From NCBI RefSeq assembly GCF_000143415.4, contig NW_003314278.1, positions 574,371 to 638,370 of the forward strand: a DNA stretch of 64,000 bases, in the 5' to 3' direction. The notes under the pieces are model-generated. The model was not told the DNA's origin and ran no database searches. It worked only from the letters and a program-made list of their open reading frames with translations. Position numbers and translations under genes: made by a program. Positions within the stretch are counted from its first letter, which is position 1. Each line of letters opens with the position of its first letter. This document shows, piece after piece, positions 1 to 11,390 of the stretch. This stretch comes from Selaginella moellendorffii (taxonomy: Eukaryota > Plantae > Lycopodiophyta).

Positions 1-2386
1 TTGCGCAAGGTTCTTTTGTTACTCCGAGACAACAAACTTTATGCAAAGAAGAGCAAATATGAATTTGCAAAGTCGGAGGTGGAATATCTAGGCTATATTG
101 TGACATCTAAGGGTGTCAAGACAGATCCAAAGAAGGTGGCTATGGTGGAAAATTGGCCTACACCGACTACGGTGGCCGAGTTGCGCAGTTTTCTTGATAT
201 GGCTAGTTACTACCAACGTTTCCAGCATAAGTTTGCAGAGGTGGCTATTCTTTTGACGCGGTTGTTACACAAGAATGTGCCATTCGAGTGGAAGAAGCCA
301 CAAAAGGAGAGTTTTGTGGCGTTGAAACGATTGTTGAGCGAGGCTCCAGTGCTTCGCATTGCTGATCCATCGAAACCTTACAAGGTGACATGCGATGCGA
401 GTGGTTATGCACTGGGAGGAGTTCTCATGTAAGAGGGACAGCCTATTGCATATGAGAGTCAAACTTTGAATTCCGCAGAGCAACGCTATTCCATATATGA
501 GCAAGAGTTACTCTCTATTATTCATGCTTTGTGGACGTGGCGGCACTATCTTTATGGTGCAGTGTTCATGGTGTTGACAGATCACAAACCACTTGTGTAT
601 CTCTTCACACAGAAGGAGTTGAACACTAGGCAAGCTCGTTGGATGGTCAAACTCATGGAGTTTGGGGAGTTTCCTATTGAGCATCGTCCGGGAAAATCAA
701 ATGTGGTGGCGGATGCTTTATCTCGTGTTCATCATGTGACAACGTTACAAACACGATTTTGTCATCATTTGAGTAAGGTGGTCAGCGAGTTTGGGCAGTT
801 GGTTGAGCATACTCAGGCTCAAGATGTTGAGGTGGCCTCTTTGCGAGCCCAGATGGAAGCCCCTTTCTCATTGGTGGATGGGATTCTCTATTATAATGGC
901 CGTGTATATTTGCCACAAGTGGATGTGTTAATTACTTAAGTTTTATTCCACTATCATGATCATCCAAAGGCTGGTCATTTTGGGGGGAAGAAGACGTATG
1001 AGTTGATTAAGTGCAACTTTTATTGGAGGAATATGAAGGCTGATATCCTCAAGTATTGTAAATCATGCGAGCTTTGTCAGCAGGTTAAAGTGCCACGAGA
1101 GAAGCCGGGGGGACTTTTGCAACCTTTACCTATTCCTCAGAGCCGTTGGTGTAGTATCTCTATGGACTTCATCACTTGTTTGCCACGAACACAGAGGCAA
1201 AAGGAGCAAGTATGGGTCATAGTGGATCGGTTGACGAAGTATGTGTGGTTGTTGGCTCTTCGGAAGACTATCACTGCCTCAGACTTGGCTGCAGTTTACT
1301 TGGAGAAGGTTTTTCCTGATTTTGGTTTGCCGGAGGACATCATTAGTGATCGAGATTCAAAGTTCACCAGTGGATTTTGGAAAAGCTTTGCAAAGGCTAT
1401 GCAAATGACTTTGAAACTCTCGAATGGAGATCATCCTCAAACGGATGGGCAAACTGAGCATGTGAATCAGGTGGTGGAGGATATGCTACGTTGTAACATT
1501 GGTTAAAGGCAAGGACAATGGGATCTATATCTTCCGTTGGTGCAATTTGCTTATAACTATAGCCAACACAGTGGAACCAAGCTAAGTCCTTACTTTGCCA
1601 TGTTTGGAAGGCATCCTCGAACAGTGGTGGAGTTGGGATTGCATTTGAGTAAGGACGTTCAAGATAAGCTTGATTCCGAGGCAAATGATCTGGCCACAGA
1701 ACTTGATGAGATTTTGGTGGTGTGCAAATGGAATTTGCAAGCAGCTCAGGATAGAGCGGAGAAGTTTGCCAATGAGCATCGCCAATTCCAGGAATATAAG
1801 GTGGGTGATCTCGTCTTTGTGCGAGTGATCTTTCCGTCAAGTGAGTGGCGGAACACCTTGGTGCCTTTACAGACAGGGAAGAGTGATAAACTTTCCCATC
1901 GATATGCTAATCCATATGAAGTGCTGGAGCGCATTGGTAAAGCGGCTTATCGGGTGCAACTGCCAGCTGGGGTGAAAATTCATCCGGTATTTTATGTCAG
2001 CCAGTTGAAAGGTGTACTATCTCGGAGTGACGGGCCCAATGCCTCCTTGATGTATACGGCTGTGGAAGATGGACCAGGAGCTTGAGCAAGATTCCCCAGA
2101 AAGGGTGATCACTGGTACAACTCGTCCTTGGGACAAGGACTTTGTTGGGGGGGAAGAATTGTTAGGCACCAGCTTTGACTACGTGGTCAACGTCGGTCAA
2201 AGGGAGGCTCAAGGGTATATTAAGGCATGTTAGGGTAAGGGATTTAACCTGGGCTCACAGTGGAGCGGCGGCGCAATGGAGCTTTTGAGGTAGCTTAAGG
2301 GTGGTTGGGTGGTGAGGAACCTCAAGAGGTGGCATAGCATAGTTTAGGGCAACTAGATCTTTGTCTTTTTGCACCGGATCATAACA
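1..2386 (+). mobile_element. Ty3/gypsy LTR retrotransposon, 3' part (degenerate pol: RT C-terminus, RNase H, integrase), PPT and 3' LTR
   Basis: Same-strand ORF pieces broken by stops: RT (YLGYIV...DPKKV...SFL), RNase H (CDASGYALG, EQELL, TDHKPL), integrase zinc finger (H-x-x-x-GH...CELC), core (SMDF, IISDRDSKF, HPQTDGQTE) and GPY/F-type tail (HPVFYVSQLK). RT-RH-IN order is gypsy. Polypurine tract at 2147-2158. Confidence 0.95.
2160..2386 (+). repeat. 3' LTR of the gypsy element (227 bp, TGTTA...TAACA)
   Basis: Starts right after the PPT, has inverted termini TGTTA/TAACA. Downstream, array-unit sequence (gagaaccatattgaagtgg, also at ~15747) resumes abruptly. Confidence 0.85.
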
Positions 2387-2894
2387 GAGAACCATATTGA
2401 AGTGGCTAATGCTCCAATTCTAGCTGCTACTTGCTTGAGTAGGAGCTGGAGAATAAGCTTCCAGACTTTCCAAGCTGGAAGTTCTAGAGAGAAGCATGGC
2501 TATCCACCCACTCATTTAAGTTGGTGTATATTTTATAAAGTGTGCAAATTATTAATTTTCAGAGATGTTTCCTTGACAGTTTAATAGGGGGAAGTGTATC
2601 ACATAATTGTTTACTTGAAATCCCATTCAAATATTTATCAATCAGTTCTTTCAAACATTCTCTTCTACTAATGTCAAGATACAGAAATATTCTGTTGATA
2701 TTGAGATCCAAGTAATTCACAAATCTATATCTTGAAACCGAAGTGTTCGGTTTTGAAATACATTTGTATAAGTCAACTCAACTAGAATGCCTTTGAGCTG
2801 CTATCTTAGAGCCGAGAGAAGTTCCACGTCTTAATTCTTAAACAGCCAATATAAAACCTTGCAAGAACCCTAATTTCTGGTGGTTATTTGGGTG

Positions 2895-3921
2895 ATGCGC
2901 CGTGCGGAAATCCGTGGCGCCATCGAATGCTCGAAATGGATTCTTGGAAGCTCGATCGAGATTGAATGCGGGCACATTCCGGCAACAGCAGCAGCAGCAG
3001 CGAGGATGATAACGGCAGCTACATGACTGTTCACAGAGAGCGGAAGCCGATGTTGAGATTGCGTGGTATAGGGTTCTTGCCTCCTGATTTTCTTGTTTCC
3101 TCGCAGCTGGCTCTGTGGAATTCAATTCCAATCTCAGCATTGTCTTGTATCCCGATCCCAAGCTCCCGCGAGGAACATCCGCATCAATTCCTTCGATGAT
3201 AATGTCAAGAAGCTTATGCTGGACGTGACGTACAGGTATGTTCCTCGCGAATTTCATCACTGTCCAACGTTGGCATGCCTTGTTTTCTTGTCTTTCTTTT
3301 CATTTTTGCCAGGAGAGATGGAGTAGGCTTGTTGACTCCACAATTAGGCGTCAATGCCAGGCTCATGGTCTTTAATCCCGAGGGTGAAAGAGGCAAAGGC
3401 AAAAGGTACGTTTTCGTGAATCCAACGATTGTCAAGTTTGGGAAAGAGCGAGAAGCTGATACTCTCGAAGGATGCCTACCTTTTTATAGCGCTCAAGCCG
3501 ATGTCTAGGTACTATTCCTTTGTACATAGAGATTCTCTTTTATAGTTTGCGTCTTTGTTTCCAGAGACCGATATCGATCCGAGTTGAAATCTCAAGACAT
3601 CAACGGGAAGAAATATGGTAGCTGGACTGCTCGAATTTTCCGACATGAGTATGATCACCTGGAGGTAATGTCTCGTTTGTTTTCTTTCTGTGCAAACATC
3701 AAGGTGGCCGTGGTATTTGTTCGCACAGGGTGTCCTTTACATCGACCAGATGACTCCAAGATCACTGAACTCAATTGGACAAGAACTTTTGGTACTTTTG
3801 CCTGTAGAGATTCCATAGTTGTGTGTGCCCTCATGTCGGCTTTGTTTGCAGAATCTGGAAGAGGAGTTTGAGAAGAGGTCTGGGACGCCTCCTCCCGATG
3901 CGTTTAAAGACAAACTGTTAA
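2895..3921 (+). pseudogene. PDF1B: Plastid-type peptide deformylase (PDF1B-like) pseudogene, copy 1
   Basis: Exons encode YPDPKL-R-NIRINSFDDN, DGVGL-TPQLGVNARLMVFNPEGERG, EGCLP (canonical EGCLS), QDINGKK, ARIFRHEYDHLE, GVLYIDQM. Premature TAG after ADV at 3506-3508, plus indels. Confidence 0.85.
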
Positions 3922-4734
3922 GTTTGATTCCGCTCGTCTCCTGCGAAGATGCTCGGTTCGATTACGCGCTACGTTTTCAACTTACCGGAAATTTCAGCTG
4001 GTGAAGAACAATAAGCGTAAAAGCGAATCCAACCGAGCGGTGAGTGCCTTGCTTTTATTTCCATCGTAGAAGATGGCTGGAAGCTGAACCTTTTCTCCTT
4101 TTCTTTTCTTGTGTGATATTTTTTCAGAGTTGCTGTCGACGATCCCGTGCCACACGACCATCTGAAAACGATATGGCCGACCTTCATATCATCCTGGTTA
4201 ACGCTGAGCAGAGAATCAGAGCACTGACTGCCTCCAAAACTACATCGATGAAAAGGCCAGAAGAAGTGCGAGTCTTCCGGGCGAGGAAGTGGTCCGAGTC
4301 TTTCGGATGTTTATCACGAAGGCGCGAAAATGAGGATATGTCCGGGAAAGCAGGTGTATCAACACAGGGAAGGCCAAGTCGCGACTCAGGAATTCAAACG
4401 CAACAACAGAGGTGGCAGCGAAAGTTCCGAAAGATCAGCATCCGGAATCGGGAGAAGCAACTAGACGACGGCCAGGACGTTGAGGTCGGCGTGGAAGGCT
4501 AGCAGGCAAAGTACACAGTGTGGGCGCTAATCTCGTGTTTTTGCAAAAACTTGCAGGAGGATACGTGCGGGATTGAAGTTTCCGCGGTTGCTGGGTTGTT
4601 TCCAGAAGACTTAGCACTCTATAAAATCCTCTTTTTGATGAGGAGTTGTGGTAAGTCAGAATTTCACGTTTTAAAGCTATCCTCTTATTCTTCTCTTCGC
4701 TCTTGAACATCGACATTGTGAGGCTTTTTCCAGT

Positions 4735-6470
4735 ATGGGCACTCGTGTCGCAGATGATAGATGCTATCTCGTAGCACACTATACGAGCGTGTGGTCGTAC
4801 CTGTGGCCTCACATCTCGCATTCTTTGGACGTCGGGAGTGTGAACTTGGATTGGAGAGCAAGATTTTCTCTGTTTATGCTCTGGAGCGTGAGGTCTATCT
4901 CTCAACCGCTGAAGCACTTTGGAAGATGGGTGGAGAAGGCAATTAACATTTGTGCATCCAATGGAGGAATTCTCAGGACCTTGTATACTCTTTCGATGGA
5001 TCCACAAGGTAACTAGAATTGATTTCACGGTGTTGACTTTTAATTGTGTGCTGTTCTTCTAGCGCTTGTTGATCCTTCCGAGAATTCGGAGAGCTACCTA
5101 ACTTTCAACGGCCACATGGAACCAAGAATCAGCCTCCTCCAAGCCCCTTCGTCTCAACGTCTGTGTCTTTCATGTCCAGACTCCAAAGCGGTAGCAGATG
5201 TTTGTGCTATGGCGTCTAAGGTTGCGTATGAGAACCCGAAGTTCATCGAATTTGTCGTGAATCAGAATTGGAAGGTAAGTCCAAGCCTTGCACAACCTCT
5301 GACTCCATCAGCTTCTCCTTTGCAGATGCATCTACTAGGAACTTACAACTGTTGGAACGGTAAGAGGTCGCTATCCAGTTTCATCTGACGTTGCCCTCAC
5401 CCTTTCATGCGACAGAGTTTCAGAAAAATAACTCGACTCAAGCATTCATCTTCGCGGACCGGGAAACTGATGCCGGAGCCATCGTTCTTGCCTTCCGGGG
5501 AACGGAAGCCTTCAATGCATACGACTGGTGCACAGACTTGGATTTCTCCTGGTACGAGCTCCCGCAGCTCGGCCGTGTCCATCTCGGATTCCTCGAAGCA
5601 CTGGGCTTGGGCGACAGGAACAGGATGCAAAGCTTCCAGAGGTTGAAGCAGAACATCTACGAGAACTCGAGGACTCCGTTGTCACAGACTCCAACATCTG
5701 GATTACCCGACTTTGTCCTCAGCGATGAGACGAAGCTGCTCGCATACGACCACATCAGTGCGGAGCTCGTCACCATCCTCCGGAAACACAGAAACGCAAA
5801 GCTCTACATCACCGGTCACAGCCTCGGCGGCGCTCTGGCGACGCTCTTCACCGCCATGCTCTTCTACAACCGGGAAGAGAATCGAGTCTTTTACAACACC
5901 GAGGACGACGTTGCCAGAAGGCTCGTGGCGCTCTATACGTTTGGCCAGCCCCGCGTTGGGGACAAGAGCTTTGCGTCCTTCATGGACACCAGCTTAAACA
6001 AGCCAACCATGAGGTACTTTAGAGTTGTCTACAATAACGACATGGTAGCTCGAGTTCCCTTCGACAACTCTCTGTTTGGCTTCAAGCATTTCGGGAATTG
6101 CTGCTACTTCACTTACAACTACACCCTTCAGGTACTTTACTTCGAGACACTGCTCTCTGTGTTGGATCCATATTAACGTTCTGCACAGATCCTTCCGGAC
6201 GAGCCATTTCGCAATTTCTTCTCCCCGGTTTACATGGTGCTGTCCCGGCTTTACGCGCTGTTCGAGCTCGTCCAGAGCTTCTTCATGAGCTATAGATGTG
6301 GCGGGGAGTTTAGCGAGACGAGGTTGTCCACTGTGGCAAGGATTGCAGGCTTGCTCGTGCCTGGGATCGCCGGCCACAGCTTGGTGAATTACATCAACTG
6401 CGTCAGGCTGGGGCCCGACCATCTCGATCCGGCGTGCCTGCAAAACACGGAGTGGGATAAATCCCAGTAA
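4735..6470 (+). CDS. Class 3 triacylglycerol lipase, oil-body lipase (OBL1/TLL1)-like, copy 1, apparently intact; exons 4735-5008, 5063-5274, 5326-5359, 5416-6131, 6189-6470
   Basis: Phase-consistent GT-AG introns of 51-57 nt. Motifs MASKVAYEN, AFRGT, DWCTD, GHSLGG (catalytic Ser), YTFGQPRVGD, VYNNDMVARVP (Asp), AGHS (His). A probable upstream intron (4651-4733) may extend the 5' end. Confidence 0.88.
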
Positions 6471-7093
6471 GCATTGCAACTTCGTACATGTCAAATAAAA
6501 CTTACACATGGTGTCATTCAGAAAATATAAAAAATGAACACAATTACATTGCCTTCAAAACTGAATGCACAATGGAATTCTCTGTATGGAGACAGGGCTA
6601 TTACTGGTGAAAATGCAAGCATGGAATGAAATTATGGAATTTATCCTTACCACCCAGAAAGGAACCATAGACAAAGCACTGATGATCGAATCTATCCACC
6701 TTGACTATGAGTTTCACAAAAGATGGTGGCATGACTGTGTGGCTTGTTGCAATCAGATGTCCTCTATTTCTTTAACTACAGCTCTAACTCTACAATATCT
6801 TTCCACTCCAAATTGCCACTTGTGCAAGGAGTGCTTCCAAGTTGAAAATGTTGTTGATGGCTGTCAAACAACATTGATTCAAACATTCAATCCCATGGTT
6901 TTCAGAGAAGTGGATTGAATAGTGAACATTAGCCATGCCATCTAAACCCAAGCTTCCAAGAGGCATCTGGTAATACATTGGTAAAAGCTTTTATATTTTA
7001 AACAAATATAGTACTCAAGTCTAGGCTATATAATATTAATATATATAAAGATAAATTAATCTCTCATATAGCTAGTGATTAAAAAATTTAAAT

Positions 7094-7221
7094 NNNNNNN
7101 NNNNNNNNNNNNNNNNNNNNNNNNNNNNNNNNNNNNNNNNNNNNNNNNNNNNNNNNNNNNNNNNNNNNNNNNNNNNNNNNNNNNNNNNNNNNNNNNNNNN
7201 NNNNNNNNNNNNNNNNNNNNN
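7094..7221. other. Run of 128 N (assembly gap)
   Basis: Seen directly. Confidence 1.
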
Positions 7222-7332
7222 CTACCAAAATCCCACTACGCTAATATTAGTATACAGCATCATAACTGTACACTTGGCCCTCACACTTCTATATATAAAT
7301 AATCTTTAAATTTTATTTAAAATTAATTTTTA

Positions 7333-8226
7333 ATGTCTATACTTTTAGTTCTTTTTATTTTAGCTATACATTGTAGAATTGTATTTGGTAAAATAGATAT
7401 AGATTGGGGTAAAAATAATTCACTTACTGAGGAAGATATTAATATAATTTTACACAATATAAAAAGACTTGCACTAAAATTACATGAATCTCATCTTTAT
7501 CCACAAAATTATATTGATACTGATTTAATAGATATTGATGGAAGTGGTGTTGTTATAAAACTTTAATGTTTAACTAGAAGTACTCCATATTGTTCTACAG
7601 GAGTTTCAACTGGAAAACCAGTTTTAGATGATTTTTGCCAAAAATTAATAAATGAAATAATTAGAAAGTTAATAAATGATTTATTGCAAGCATTTTCTAG
7701 TGAATCTAATAATTATCTTATTTGATATATATTAGTAACTCATTGGAAACCCTTAAATTATTTAGAAAATATAAATATTGTTTTCAAATATTTTGAAAAT
7801 TGTGATATTACTTTGACTACTTTAAGTGCTGGTTTCTTTGATCATATTTTATATAAATTTTTATATAAAAAATTTAATTTTATATAAATTTTTACAATCC
7901 CCAAATCGTATGAATATACTATATATCAAAATGAATTGTAAACTTGCATTTTTTCTGGAAAAACTAATTTATGGGAATCTCCAAATAATGAATATTTTGG
8001 AGAGTGTTTTTTAGATCTGCAAAATGATGGAAATTTAGTGTTTTACACTTCTAAACTAAATGTATTATAGTCTCCCAATACGTATTGTTATGAGAAACCA
8101 AACTGTTTACTTTTAACTTATATTACTGTTGAAGATAATTGTAAACTGGTGAGTTACTTGACAACATATCCAAGCAGAGATTGGTGGACATTATATTATT
8201 CTAAAAATATTGGCTGCTTAAGCTAG
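7333..8226 (+). pseudogene. Secreted protein with C-terminal bulb-type (GNA/B-) lectin domain, copy 1, broken by stops and frameshift
   Basis: Signal-peptide-like MSILLVLFILAIHCRIVFG and an intact QNDGNLVFY (QxDxNxVxY) motif. In-frame stops (e.g. 7564-7566) relative to the open copy at 24433. Confidence 0.7.
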
Positions 8227-8323
8227 AATTGTCTTACTGAATAGAAAATAATTTGCTCTTCAAAATGCAATAATATTTACAAGAATTGAAGAATCCGTCC
8301 TCTTCATTCCTCTTAGCAGCCAA

Positions 8324-8375
8324 GGGGGACCTGACTAGAAATCATGTGGGCTTGCCTGCGCAGGTTCGAATCCAA
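8324..8375 (+). pseudogene. tRNA-Ser(AGA) fragment (anticodon arm, long variable arm, T arm)
   Basis: tgactagaaatcatgtgggcttgcctgcgcaggttcgaatcc matches the 3' two-thirds of plant cytosolic tRNA-Ser(AGA). No D arm or acceptor stem. Confidence 0.7.
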
Positions 8376-9239
8376 CCTTGATTTTCTTCATTTTCTTTTA
8401 ATCACCTTACTTTGTTTATGCATTTTGTACAAGTAAAACACACAAAAGTAAAGAGACCAAAGTAACTGGTCCACATCGTCCTTAGTTTTTTCATCATCTT
8501 CAAACACTTTGTGGTTCCCCCTGGCGTCATCCATCAGATCATCCCGCATCTCCTTGCTATCTTCCTGGATCTTGTGCTTGATTATCACTTTCCTCCCCAC
8601 CAAGTTCGTCTCCACCACCGCTACCTCTTGTATCCTCGTCATGCCACTCGATGTTCCTCCTCCTCCTCCCGCTGCCACCGTCTTCTTACTCTTGGCTCGC
8701 GGCACCGCTGTGGATGCCAGCCTTGAATTTCCTCCTCCTCCTCCCAGCCTCATCTTTCCCTTCCTGGGCCCCTGGACCAAATGCTCCGGATCACTGCCAT
8801 CGCTAAACTCGTCACTGCCATTGTGCTCCACCATCTCCTCCTTGACATGCCCCCTCTTGAGATGGATGTTGAGCTTGTACTTGTAGAAGTAGTGCTTGTC
8901 ACAACCTTTGTGAGGGCATGTGAATGGTCGATTGCCGCCAGTTGCTACTGCTGGTTAGAGAAAATCTGGGAAGGGACTTGATGTATGCTCATTCTCTTCT
9001 GAACAATGGATATGATCTAAGTAGCATCTGAAGAATTTTGGATGTACAAACGGCAAGACACAAGTGACGAGACAACGACAATGATGGTGACGATGGCTTA
9101 CCTTCTTCTCTAAAGGAAACAGAAGGGAGGAAAAAATCCACTGGCATCAAGTCTTTGTTGTTTTTGCAAGTGCAGTGCAAGTTTTAGTGGCATTTTGCTC
9201 AGCCAATGTGACATCTAACTTGCTTAAGATGCTTGATTC

Positions 9240-11390
9240 ATATTCTCTCTAACGGGTTTAATGAAAATTAAACCAAATAAAGAGAGAGAACCACCATAAA
9301 TGGTTTAATAAGTCTCTAAGTTGGAGAGACTATGCTCCTTAGAGGATGGATAAGGTATAGTGAGCCTTTAGTGTGAAACTGTTGACAAATATTGGCTGGG
9401 TATCAAGGATGAAAAAAATTGGTAATCCATGATGAATTTACTTTATAAAATGGTTTATCATTCAATAAGAACATCAAACTTTGTATATGGGTGGTGGAGT
9501 TGTGAGACACAAATCTCTAGTAGTGGTTGAAGCAGTAATTCAATAAGTATAACATGTATAGACTAAAGGCTTTGAATTGGAAAGTCGAAAGTGGGAGTGG
9601 AACTCCAAACGAAGTGTTCAAGGGATGAGTACAAAGCAATGGATGAATGAGTTTTTTAAAAGGGATATAAGAAAAGACTCACACATGGCAAGTGTTGTGA
9701 TACATAAAAGTGTCAGAAACAAGTCTGAAAGGAAGTCCAAGAAGGAGTCTAAGGAGTTTGAGAAAGACCCGAAATAGAGTTCGAGATGGACCCAAGGTGA
9801 AGTCCGAAATGGACCCCAAATGGAGTCTGAGATGGACCCAAGATGGACTTGAGATCGAATTCAAGATAGACCCTAGATTAAGTCATAGATTGTAGCGCAT
9901 GTGATTATGAGATGAAATTTAAATATACTGTCACCATGAATCCTTAAAACCTTGGGGGATACATGGGGATAAAATAGGCACTAAGGGCTCTCTCATCAAG
10001 CAATTGCCCCTTTTCTAGTTAGCTTAAGGGGAGAGAGATAAAGTGCGCTACGTGTGGTATCGAAGCAAATGAGGGTGAGTGTAGTGCATATGATCATAGG
10101 ATGAGATTTAGATATATTATCATTGTGAATCCTTAAAACCTTAGGGGATAAATGGGGATAAATAAGGAGAGAGATAAGGTGCACTACATAGATGGACCTG
10201 AGATGGAGTTTGAGGTTGAGTTTGAGATGGACCTGAGATGGAGTACAAGGTCAAGGCCAAAAAAGATATTGAGACCAAGTTTGAGTTCAAGTCTGAGTCC
10301 AAATCCAAGTCCAAGTCCGATAGTGAAAGCCCAAAGCATTTGTCTCCCCAACCCTAGAGGGTTTGATAAGCTCTAAAAGTATAGTAAGGGGGAAGACTCC
10401 AATGGAGCTAGTTTGGCCAAGAAAGACCAATATGATCAAGGAAGGTTATACCTATATGTTTGGTGCTGATATAATCACTAAGGAGTTCAAGGCTAGAATA
10501 AATACAAATAGACAAGTAGGGTAACTTGATGAAGTGTTCAAGAGCCAACATTAGCTCCCCTAAGAGATTAAATGGTCGCTGCTCCAAATTCAAGTGTGAG
10601 TAGCATTACCTACTTAGATACTTGGCATGGCTCATTAGAACCTTGCTCTAACCACATGGCTAGAGCACCCAAAGGCAGAAAGTGGGGGAGAGTACCCACA
10701 AGACTCGCATAGGACCACAACATTTCAAAATGTCATTCCAAAGTACTAGACTGTGGAAAGGAAAAGAAGTACTCCAGACGGAAGGTGGGGGAGAGTACCC
10801 ACGAGACTCGCATAGGACCACAGTGTTTCAAAATGTCATTCCAAAGTCCTAGATTGTGGAAAGGAAAAGAAATAGTCCTTTTGTGCTACAGTCATATGGT
10901 GAGGAAGTTCCAAAAGTTGGTGGGACTTAATGATCAGGCTTTTAAACCTTAACTCAGTGGTAGTGTTGGCAAGTATGGTAGTGGATAAAGATTTGGTGGG
11001 AACTGAAAAAGGGACATTGGGGAAGGGTGTTCCCTATGTCTTCTAGCATTTTAAAGATGCTAAAATGTGGTTGTGGGATGATCACTCATAGATAGATGGC
11101 CTACTCTTTGAAAGATGGGGTTTGTGATGTAGGTGGTCTTTGACCACCGATGTAATATAACTGAATGGGCATGGCTTTAGCATAATGGATTGATATCTTA
11201 GTGGTACTTTAGTGTTGGTTATAAAATTAAACACGTGGAGCACTTGGTAAGTGGCATAGATGTCATTTACAAGGATAGCATGTTCTAAGTCAAGAATAGG
11301 ACATATGGAAATGGCAAGTGAAACTCCTTCAAGTGGTCAAAAGTATTGTTAAGTGACTAAAATAGAATGGAAAATTTAATTGCTTACATG
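9240..11390. mobile_element. Degenerate TE-derived region with GAGATGGACC-like short tandem repeats and a ~100 bp tandem duplication (10676-10872)
   Basis: Related sequence at 27800-29060, 43625-44030 and (motif gtgaaagcccaaagc...tatagtaagg) 48187. No intact ORF. Confidence 0.45.

Noticed and set aside
6565-6918. 117-aa ORF downstream of the lipase, repeated at 23834 and 38395
   Set aside because: Recurs only because of the segmental duplication; ends differ between copies and no motif is recognised.
8388-8834. 148-aa minus-strand ORF with poly-Gly
   Set aside because: Exists only across the junction where unit 2 has 1.46 kb extra; low complexity and not conserved as one frame.
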